DNA of 64,000 bases from Auanema rhodensis (Eukaryota > Animalia > Nematoda): assembly GCA_964057225.1 (NCBI GenBank), contig OZ059900.1, positions 25,792,001 to 25,856,000 of the forward strand, written 5' to 3'. The notes under the pieces are model-generated. The model was given only the letters and a program-made list of their open reading frames with translations, made no database searches and was not told the DNA's origin. Both the position numbers and the translations under genes were made by a program. This document shows, piece by piece, positions 44,301 through 54,237 of this stretch. Positions within the stretch are counted from its first letter, which is position 1, and each line of letters starts with the position of its first letter.

Positions 44301-44461
44301 TTGACGACTCATATGAACAAAAATCGATTTTATCAATATTAGCCATAAGGGGCGTGCCCTCAGAATATGCTAATTTCCTTAATTTTCTAACCCCTGTTTT
44401 TTTGTCGTGAAAGTGGAACTAGACGTTGTACGAACAATTTTGAGCTAGGTTTCATTGACAT

Positions 44462-47400
44462 TGCATGAGTTTGAACACATGAAATCGTAAGTCAAAACCT
44501 TGTTTACAGCGAAATTTCCAAAAACTGGTTTTCCAGCATAATAAAATATTTCTCATGGGAAATACAGTGTTTTTGTATTTTTTTAGTGTTCAGCATGTAA
44601 AATGCTTCATTTTAGTATGTAACACGCTGAAATTCGTTGCATTTGACGACTCATATGAACAAAAATCGATTTAATCAATATTAGCCATAAGGGGCGTGCC
44701 CTCAGAATATGCTAATTTCTTTAATTTTCTAACCCCTGTTTTTTTGTCGTGAAAGTGGAACTAGACGTTGTACGAACAATTTTGAGCTAGGTTTCATTGA
44801 CATTGCATGAGTTTGAACACATGAAATCGTAAGTCAAAACCTTGTTTACAGCGAAATTTCCAAAAACTGGTTTTCCAGCATAATAAAATATTTCTCATGG
44901 GAAAAACTGTGTTTTTGTATTTTTCTAGTGTTCAGCATGTAAAATGCTTCATTTTAGTATGTAGCACACTGAAATTTGTTGCATTTGACGACTCATATGA
45001 ACAAAAATTGATTTTATCAATATTAGCCATAAGGGGCGTGCCCTCAGAATATGCTAATTTCCTTAATTTTCTAACCCCTGTTTTTTTGTCGTGAAAGTGG
45101 AACTAGACGTTGTACGAACAATTTTGAGCTAGGTTTCATTGACATTGCATGAGTTTGAACACATGAAATCGTAAGTCAAAACCTTGTCTACAGCGAAATT
45201 TCCAAAAACTGGTTTTCCAGCATAATAAAATATTTCTCATGGGAAATACAGTGTTTTTGTATTTTTTTAGTGTTCAGCATGTAAAATGCGTCATTTTAGT
45301 ATGTAAAACGCTGAAATTCGTTGCATTTGACGACTCATATGAACAAAAATCGATTTTATCAATATTAGCCATAAGGGGCGTGCCCTCAGAATATGCTAAT
45401 TTCCTTAATTTTCTAACCCCTGTTTTTTTGTCGTGAAAGTGGAACTAGACGTTGTACGAACAATTTTAAGCTAGGTTTCATTGACATTGCATGAGTTTGA
45501 ACACATGAAATCGTAAGTCAAAACCTTGTTTACAGCGAAATTTCCAAAAACTGGTTTTCCAGCATAATACAATATTTCTCAAGGGAAAAACTGTGTTTTT
45601 ATATTTTTCTAGTGTTCAGCATGTGAAATGCTTAATTTTAGTATGTAACACGCTGAAATTTGTTGCATTTGACGACTCATATGAACAAAAATCGATTTAA
45701 TCAATATTAGCCATAAGGGGCGTGCCCTCAGAATATGCTAATTTCCTTAATTTTCTAACCCCTGTTTTTTTGTCGTGAAAGTGGAACTAGACGTTGTACG
45801 AACAATTTTGAGCTAGGTTTCATTGACATTGCATGAGTTTGAACACATGAAATCGTAAGTCAAAACCTTGTTTACAGCGAAATTTCCAAAAACTGGTTTT
45901 CCAGCATAATACAATATTTCTCATGGGAAATACTGTGTTTTTGTATTTTTCTAGTGTTCAGAATGTAGAATGCTTCATTTTAGTACGTAACACGCTGAAA
46001 TTCGTTGCATTTGACGACTCATATGAACAAAAATCGATTTAATCAATATTAGCCATAAGGGGCGTGCCCTCAGAATATGCTAATTTCCTTAATTTTCTAA
46101 CCCCTGTTTTTTTGTCGTGAAAGTGGAACTAGACGTTGTACGAACAATTTTGAGCTAGGTTTCATTGACATTGCATGAGTTTGAACACATGAAATCGTAA
46201 GTCAAAACCTTGTTTACAGCGAAATTTCCAAAAACTGGTTTTCCAGCATAATAAAATATTTCTCATGGGAAATACAGTGTTTTTGTATTTTTTTAGTGTT
46301 CAGCATGTAAAATGCGTCATTTTAGTATGTAAAACGCTGAAATTCGTTGCATTTGACGACTCATATGAACAAAAATCGATTTTATCAATATTAGCCATAA
46401 GGGGCGTGCCCTCAGAATATGCTAATTTCCTTAATTTTCTAACCCCTGTTTTTTTGTCGTGAAAGTGGAACTAGACGTTGTACGAACAATTTTGAGCTAG
46501 GTTTCATTGACATTGCATGAGTTTGAACACATGAAATCGTAAGTCAAAACCTTGTTTACAGCGAAATTTCCAAAAACTGGTTTTCCAGCATAATAAAATA
46601 TTTCTCATGGGAAATACAGTGTTTTTGTATTTTTTTAGTGTTCAGCATGTAAAATGCTTCATTTTAGTATGTAACACGCTGAAATTCGTTGCATTTGACG
46701 ACTCATATGAACAAAAATCGATTTAATCAATATTAGCCATAAGGGGCGTGCCCTCAGAATATGCTAATTTCTTTAATTTTCTAACCCCTGTTTTTTTGTC
46801 GTGAAAGTGGAACTAGACGTTGTACGAACAATTTTGAGCTAGGTTTCATTGACATTGCATGAGTTTGAACACATGAAATCGTAAGTCAAAACCTTGTTTA
46901 CAGCGAAATTTCCAAAAACTGGTTTTCCAGCATAATAAAATATTTCTCATGGGAAAAACTGTGTTTTTGTATTTTTCTAGTGTTCAGCATGTAAAATGCT
47001 TCATTTTAGTATGTAGCACACTGAAATTTGTTGCATTTGACGACTCATATGAACAAAAATTGATTTTATCAATATTAGCCATAAGGGGCGTGCCCTCAGA
47101 ATATGCTAATTTCCTTAATTTTCTAACCCCTGTTTTTTTGTCGTGAAAGTGGAACTAGACGTTGTACGAACAATTTTGAGCTAGGTTTCATTGACATTGC
47201 ATGAGTTTGAACACATGAAATCGTAAGTCAAAACCTTGTCTACAGCGAAATTTCCAAAAACTGGTTTTCCAGCATAATAAAATATTTCTCATGGGAAATA
47301 CAGTGTTTTTGTATTTTTTTAGTGTTCAGCATGTAAAATGCGTCATTTTAGTATGTAAAACGCTGAAATTCGTTGCATTTGACGACTCATATGAACAAAA

Positions 47401-48565
47401 ATCGATTTTATCAATATTAGCCATAAGGGGCGTGCCCTCAGAATATGCTAATTTCCTTAATTTTCTAACCCCTGTTTTTTTGTCGTGAAAGTGGAACTAG
47501 ACGTTGTACGAACAATTTTAAGCTAGGTTTCATTGACATTGCATGAGTTTGAACACATGAAATCGTAAGTCAAAACCTTGTTTACAGCGAAATTTCCAAA
47601 AACTGGTTTTCCAGCATAATACAATATTTCTCAAGGGAAAAACTGTGTTTTTATATTTTTCTAGTGTTCAGCATGTGAAATGCTTAATTTTAGTATGTAA
47701 CACGCTGAAATTTGTTGCATTTGACGACTCATATGAACAAAAATCGATTTAATCAATATTAGCCATAAGGGGCGTGCCCTCAGAATATGCTAATTTCCTT
47801 AATTTTCTAACCCCTGTTTTTTTGTCGTGAAAGTGGAACTAGACGTTGTACGAACAATTTTGAGCTAGGTTTCATTGACATTGCATGAGTTTGAACACAT
47901 GAAATCGTAAGTCAAAACCTTGTTTACAGCGAAATTTCCAAAAACTGGTTTTCCAGCATAATACAATATTTCTCATGGGAAATACTGTGTTTTTGTATTT
48001 TTCTAGTGTTCAGAATGTAGAATGCTTCATTTTAGTACGTAACACGCTGAAATTCGTTGCATTTGACGACTCATATGAACAAAAATCGATTTAATCAATA
48101 TTAGCCATAAGGGGCGTGCCCTCAGAATATGCTAATTTCCTTAATTTTCTAACCCCTGTTTTTTTGTCGTGAAAGTGGAACTAGACGTTGTACGAACAAT
48201 TTTGAGCTAGGTTTCATTGACATTGCATGAGTTTGAACACATGAAATCGTAAGTCAAAACCTTGTTTACAGCGAAATTTCCAAAAACTGGTTTTCCAGCA
48301 TAATAAAATATTTCTCATGGGAAATACAGTGTTTTTGTATTTTTTTAGTGTTCAGCATGTAAAATGCGTCATTTTAGTATGTAAAACGCTGAAATTCGTT
48401 GCATTTGACGACTCATATGAACAAAAATCGATTTTATCAATATTAGCCATAAGGGGCGTGCCCTCAGAATATGCTAATTTCCTTAATTTTCTAACCCCTG
48501 TTTTTTTGTCGTGAAAGTGGAACTAGACGTTGTACGAACAATTTTGAGCTAGGTTTCATTGACAT
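44462..48565. repeat. 6-monomer (2,052 bp) higher-order repeat, 2 copies
   Basis: The private variant TTTCTTTAAT occurs at 44720 and 46772. Variant order is identical (ORF pairs 44897/46949, 45239/47291, 46265/48317). Confidence 0.88.
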
Positions 48566-51500
48566 TGCATGAGTTTGAACACATGAAATCGTAAGTCAAA
48601 ACCTTGTTTACAGCGAAATTTCCAAAAACTGGTTTTCCAGCATAATACAATATTTCTCATGGGAAATACTGTGTTTTTGTATTATTCTAGTGTTCAGAAT
48701 GTAGAATGCTTCATTTTAGTACGTAACACGCTGAAATTCGTTGCATTTGACGACTCATATGAACAAAAATCGATTTAATCAATATTAGCCATAAGGGGCG
48801 TGCCCTCAGAATATGCTAATTTCCTTAATTTTCTAACCCCTGTTTTTTTGTCGTGAAAGTGGAACTAGACGTTGTACGAACAATTTTGAGCTAGGTTTCA
48901 TTGACATTGCATGAGTTTGAACACATGAAATCGTAAGTCAAAACCTTGTTTACAGCGAAATTTCCAAAAACTGGTTTTCCAGCATAATAAAATATTTCTC
49001 ATGGGAAATACAGTGTTTTTGTATTTTTTTAGTGTTCAGCATGTAAAATGCGTCATTTTAGTATGTAAAACGCTGAAATTCGTTGCATTTGACGACTCAT
49101 ATGAACAAAAATCGATTTTATCAATATTAGCCATAAGGGGCGTGCCCTCAGAATATGCTAATTTCCTTAATTTTCTAACCCCTGTTTTTTTGTCGTGAAA
49201 GTGGAACTAGACGTTGTACGAACAATTTTGAGCTAGGTTTCATTGACATTGCATCAGTTTGAACACATGAAATCGTAAGTCAAAACCTTGTTTACAGCGA
49301 AATTTCCAAAAACTGGTTTTCCAGCATAATACAATATTTCTCATGGGAAATACTGTGTTTTTGTATTTTTCTAGTGTTCAGAATGTAGAATGCTTCATTT
49401 TGATATGTAAAACGCTGAAATTCGTTGCATTTGACGACTCATATGAACAAAAATCGATTTTATCAATATTAGCCATAAGGGGCGTGCCCTCAGAATATGC
49501 TAATTTCCTTAATTTTCTAACCCCTGTTTTTTTGTCGTGAAAGTGGAACTAGACGTTGTACGAACAATTTTGAGCTAGGTTTCATTGACATTGCATCAGT
49601 TTGAACACATGAAATCGTAAGTCAAAACCTTGTTTACAGCGAAATTTCCAAAAACTGGTTTTCCAGCATAATACAATATTTCTCAAGGGAAAAACTGTGT
49701 TTTTATATTTTTCTAGTGTTCAGCATGTGAAATGCTTCATTTTAGTATGTAACACGCTGAAATTCGTTGCATTTGACGACTCATATGAACAAAAATCGAT
49801 TTAATCAATATTAGCCATAAGGGGCGTGCCCTCAGAATATGCTAATTTCCTTAATTTTCTAACCCCTGTTTTTTTGTCGTGAAAGTGGAACTAGACGTTG
49901 TACGAACAATTTTGAGCTAGGTTTCATTGACATTGCATGAGTTTGAACACATGAAATCGTAAGTCAAAACCTTGTTTACAGCGAAATTTCCAAAAACTGG
50001 TTTTCCAGCATAATACAATATTTCTCATGGGAAATACTGTGTTTTTGTATTTTTCTAGTGTTCAGAATGTAGAATGCTTCATTTTAGTACGTAACACGCT
50101 GAAATTCGTTGCATTTGACGACTCATATGAACAAAAATCGATTTAATCAATATTAGCCATAAGGGGCGTGCCCTCAGAATATGCTAATTTCCTTAATTTT
50201 CTAACCCCTGTTTTTTTGTCGTGAAAGTGGAACTAGACGTTGTACGAACAATTTTGAGCTAGGTTTCATTGACATTGCATGAGTTTGAACACATGAAATC
50301 GTAAGTCAAAACCTTGTTTACAGCGAAATTTCCAAAAACTGGTTTTCCAGCATAATAAAATATTTCTCATGGGAAATACAGTGTTTTTGTATTTTTTTAG
50401 TGTTCAGCATGTAAAATGCGTCATTTTAGTATGTAAAACGCTGAAATTCGTTGCATTTGACGACTCATATGAACAAAAATCGATTTTATCAATATTAGCC
50501 ATAAGGGGCGTGCCCTCAGAATATGCTAATTTCCTTAATTTTCTAACCCCTGTTTTTTTGTCGTGAAAGTGGAACTAGACGTTGTACGAACAATTTTGAG
50601 CTAGGTTTCATTGACATTGCATGAGTTTGAACACATGAAATCGTAAGTCAAAACCTTGTTTACAGCGAAATTTCCAAAAACTGGTTTTCCAGCATAATAC
50701 AATATTTCTCATGGGAAATACTGTGTTTTTGTATTTTTCTAGTGTTCAGAATGTAGAATGCTTCATTTTGATATGTAAAACGCTGAAATTCGTTGCATTT
50801 GACGACTCATATGAACAAAAATCGATTTTATCAATATTAGCCATAAGGGGCGTGCCCTCAGAATATGCTAATTTCCTTAATTTTCTAACCCCTGTTTTTT
50901 TGTCGTGAAAGTGGAACTAGACGTTGTACGAACAATTTTGAGCTAGGTTTCATTGACATTGCATGAGTTTGAACACATGAAATCGTAAGTCAAAACCTTG
51001 TTTACAGCGAAATTTCCAAAAACTGGTTTTCCAGCATAATACAATATTTCTCATGGGAAATACTGTGTTTTTGTATTTTTCTAGTGTTCAGAATGTAGAA
51101 TGCTTCATTTTAGTACGTAACACGCTGAAATTCGTTGCATTTGACGACTCATATGAACAAAAATCGATTTAATCAATATTAGCCATAAGGGGCGTGCCCT
51201 CAGAATATGCTAATTTCCTTAATTTTCTAACCCCTGTTTTTTTGTCGTGAAAGTGGAACTAGACGTTGTACGAACAATTTTGAGCTAGGTTTCATTGACA
51301 TTGCATGAGTTTGAACACATGAAATCGTAAGTCAAAACCTTGTTTACAGCGAAATTTCCAAAAACTGGTTTTCCAGCATAATAAAATATTTCTCATGGGA
51401 AATACAGTGTTTTTGTATTTTTTTAGTGTTCAGCATGTAAAATGCGTCATTTTAGTATGTAAAACGCTGAAATTCGTTGCATTTGACGACTCATATGAAC

Positions 51501-52810
51501 AAAAATCGATTTTATCAATATTAGCCATAAGGGGCGTGCCCTCAGAATATGCTAATTTCCTTAATTTTCTAACCCCTGTTTTTTTGTCGTGAAAGTGGAA
51601 CTAGACGTTGTACGAACAATTTTGAGCTAGGTTTCATTGACATTGCATGAGTTTGAACACATGAAATCGTAAGTCAAAACCTTGTTTACAGCGAAATTTC
51701 CAAAAACTGGTTTTCCAGCATAATACAATATTTCTCATGGGAAATACTGTGTTTTTGTATTTTTCTAGTGTTCAGAATGTAGAATGCTTCATTTTGATAT
51801 GTAAAACGCTGAAATTCGTTGCATTTGACGACTCATATGAACAAAAATCGATTTTATCAATATTAGCCATAAGGGGCGTGCCCTCAGAATATGCTAATTT
51901 CCTTAATTTTCTAACCCCTGTTTTTTTGTCGTGAAAGTGGAACTAGACGTTGTACGAACAATTTTGAGCTAGGTTTCATTGACATTGCATCAGTTTGAAC
52001 ACATGAAATCGTAAGTCAAAACCTTGTTTACAGCGAAATTTCCAAAAACTGGTTTTCCAGCATAATAAAATATTTCTCATGGGAAATACTGTGTTTTTGT
52101 ATTTTTCTAGTGTTCAACATGTAAAATGCTTCATTTTAGTATGTAACACGCTGAAATTCGTTGCATTTGACGACTCATATGAACAAAAATCGATTTAATC
52201 AATATTAGCCATAAGGGGCGTGCCCTCAGAATATGCTAATTTCCTTAATTTTCTAACCCCTGTTTTTTTGTCGTGAAAGTGGAACTAGACGTTGTACGAA
52301 CAATTTTGAGCTAGGTTTCATTGACATTGCATGAGTTTGAACACATGAAATCGTAAGTCAAAACCTTGTTTACAGCGAAATTTCCAAAAACTGGTTTTCC
52401 AGCATAATAAAATATTTCTCATGGGAAAAACTGTGTTTTTGTATTTTTCTAGTGTTCAGCATGTAAAATGCTTCATTTTAGTATGTAGCACACTGAAATT
52501 TGTTGCATTTGACGACTCATATGAACAAAAATTGATTTTATCAATATTAGCCATAAGGGGCGTGCCCTCAGAATATGCTAATTTCCTTAATTTTCTAACC
52601 CCTGTTTTTTGTCGTGAAAGTGGAACTAGACGTTGTACGAACAATTTTGAGCTAGGTTTCATTGACATTGCATGAGTTTGAACACATGAAATCGTAAGTC
52701 AAAACCTTGTCTACAGCGAAATTTCCAAAAACTGGTTTTCCAGCATAATAAAATATTTCTCATGGGAAATACAGTGTTTTTGTATTTTTTTAGTGTTCAG
52801 CATGTAAAAT

Positions 52811-52846
52811 TTCTTGAATTTTCCTATTTTATGAAGTAAAATTTTA
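52811..52846 (-). other. DIRS 3' terminal extension (rE, 36 bp) outside the 3' ITR
   Basis: TTCTTGAATTTTCCTATTTTATGAAGTAAAATTTTA is neither satellite nor part of the other ITR, but is complementary to the ICR. This is the canonical DIRS1 asymmetry. Confidence 0.93.
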
Positions 52847-53022
52847 ATTATATCCCATGTCTTAAGCTATTTATTTTCCAAATAACATATCTTCTCGGTA
52901 ATCAATAAAACAAAAATTAACAGAAATCAACAGTATTTCGTAACACATTGTAAAATGAGCGTATCATTACCCGTGGTGCTAACCAGTAATGACACGCCTC
53001 CTAACTAACACATAAACATCAG
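52847..53022 (-). repeat. DIRS 3' inverted terminal repeat (176 bp)
   Basis: Exact reverse complement of 57082-57257. Confidence 0.97.
52870..52875 (-). promoter_or_regulatory. Candidate polyadenylation signal AATAAA in the 3' ITR
   Basis: Plus-strand TTTATT reads AATAAA on the element's sense strand, about 60 nt before the element end. The AT-rich context makes this weak. Confidence 0.3.
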
Positions 53023-53239
53023 AGTCAAAAAAATATAAACTTCACAATGTAACAAGATATAATACATCAAAACAAAAGAAACAATAAAATCACTTCTTCA
53101 TTTTACTGTTGTTTCTATTAAAAGGTTTTACAGGTATTGAGTTTGAAGACGACCATCTACTGCAATAACATAAACATTTTTTTCAAGCTGAATATAAAGA
53201 GGGATGGTGAACACACACAGGGGATGGTGGAGGGAAGTC

Positions 53240-53315
53240 AGACATGGGATATAATTAAAATTTTACTTCATAAAATAGGAAAATTTAAGAAATTATATCC
53301 CATGTCTTAAGCTAT
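53240..53315 (-). other. Internal complementary region (ICR)
   Basis: 53240-53294 is the reverse complement of 52808-52862 (54/55 match). 53292-53315 is the reverse complement of 57234-57257 (24/24). The two halves overlap at ATT (53292-53294). It lies immediately 3' of the YR stop. Confidence 0.96.
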
Positions 53316-53318
53316 CTT

Positions 53319-54206
53319 TCAAAAAATTGCAGCTTGAAAGGATCTGGTTCTGCAGTAGTGTTTGAAAAATGAAGTGTCGGATTTCCAATTTGCGGCACTC
53401 ATTATAGTTTTCAATGGAACCCCTTTTTTAAAAGCTGACGAAGTAGAAGCGTGACGGGTAGAGTGCGCAGAAAATCTATGCGGTATTTTTGCCAACGATA
53501 AAATATCCCTTATCCACCGAGCTACTGTTGTACTTGTAATACTCGTTCCTTGTGAGATGGATATCAGTAAATTATTTGAGAGCCGTTTAGACTCAGTTTT
53601 GTCTAAATATGCTTTAATACATGCTACCGGACAGAGTAACGGTCTGCCTAAAGAAATCTCATAGGTAGCTTTATGAGGTATGCCCGCTTTTCTATTTTTA
53701 TTTCTATAATTTATGAAAAACGTAACACCGTTATCATTGAATTGAACATGGTCTATAGAGAACTGCGCTATTTCTGACACTCGTTTTGGGGAGCATAAAG
53801 CTAATAGCATTGCTAATTTTTTGGTTAGTAATTCCAACGATAATTCGTTGTTGGGCCCCAGACTTTCTAAATATGAAAGAACAATGGAAGGTTCCCAAGA
53901 ATCTATATATTTAGGTTGTGGAGGTTTTAATCTGAACGCTCCCCTAGATATTCTACTAAGTAATGGGTTATCCCGAAGAGGGGGACTAACTTTCAGAAAG
54001 TCTGTTAATGCACAAAGTGCGGATTTATAGCCCAAAACTGTTGAAACGGCTTTGTCGTTAAACATAGATGACAAAAAATTTGCAGCGGTTGAAGGAGAGG
54101 GAGTATTAGAAATTTTGTGAGATGCACAATAAATTTCCCACTTTTTAAGAGCTGTATCATATTGCTTACGAGTTCCTGCAGCCCAGGAGTTTAGGAATAG
54201 AGACAT
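53319..54206 (-). CDS. Tyrosine recombinase (YR), 295 aa
   Basis: N-terminal core-binding region (SWAAGTRKQY...W..YC). Catalytic set present: R in PKRVSEI, HSTR (H-x-x-R), W in AANW, Y in FFKHY. LCPV motif also present. Confidence 0.96.
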   Translation of the reverse strand: MSLFLNSWAAGTRKQYDTALKKWEIYCASHKISNTPSPSTAANFLSSMFNDKAVSTVLGYKSALCALTDFLKVSPPLRDNPLLSRISRGAFRLKPPQPKYIDSWEPSIVLSYLESLGPNNELSLELLTKKLAMLLALCSPKRVSEIAQFSIDHVQFNDNGVTFFINYRNKNRKAGIPHKATYEISLGRPLLCPVACIKAYLDKTESKRLSNNLLISISQGTSITSTTVARWIRDILSLAKIPHRFSAHSTRHASTSSAFKKGVPLKTIMSAANWKSDTSFFKHYCRTRSFQAAIF

Positions 54207-54237
54207 GGTATCATAGATATATCAGGAATTAGGCCAG

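Larger units (their letters stand above)
1..52810. repeat. 342-bp tandem satellite array, left block (~154 monomers), probably centromeric or pericentromeric
   Basis: The unit starting TGCATGAGTTTGAACACATGAAATCG recurs every 342 bp (1, 343, 685...). ORF-track starts are spaced by multiples of 342, shifted by 1 at T-run indels near 10200, 14300, 26615 and 52605. Monomers differ at only a few recurrent sites. Centromeric location is inference. Confidence 0.99.

Noticed and set aside
52421-52675. Unique 84-aa (+) and 70-aa (-) ORFs
   Set aside because: Created by a single T deletion in the T7 run of one monomer, possibly a sequencing error.
1-52810. CRISPR array or diversity-generating cassette array
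   Set aside because: There are no unique spacers or cas genes. Units are near-identical over 342 bp, and variants are shared haplotypes rather than adenine-specific mutagenesis.
52808-52810. AAT as a classical 3-bp target-site duplication
   Set aside because: The ICR shows one AAT belongs to the element's circle junction, and no DDE integrase is encoded.
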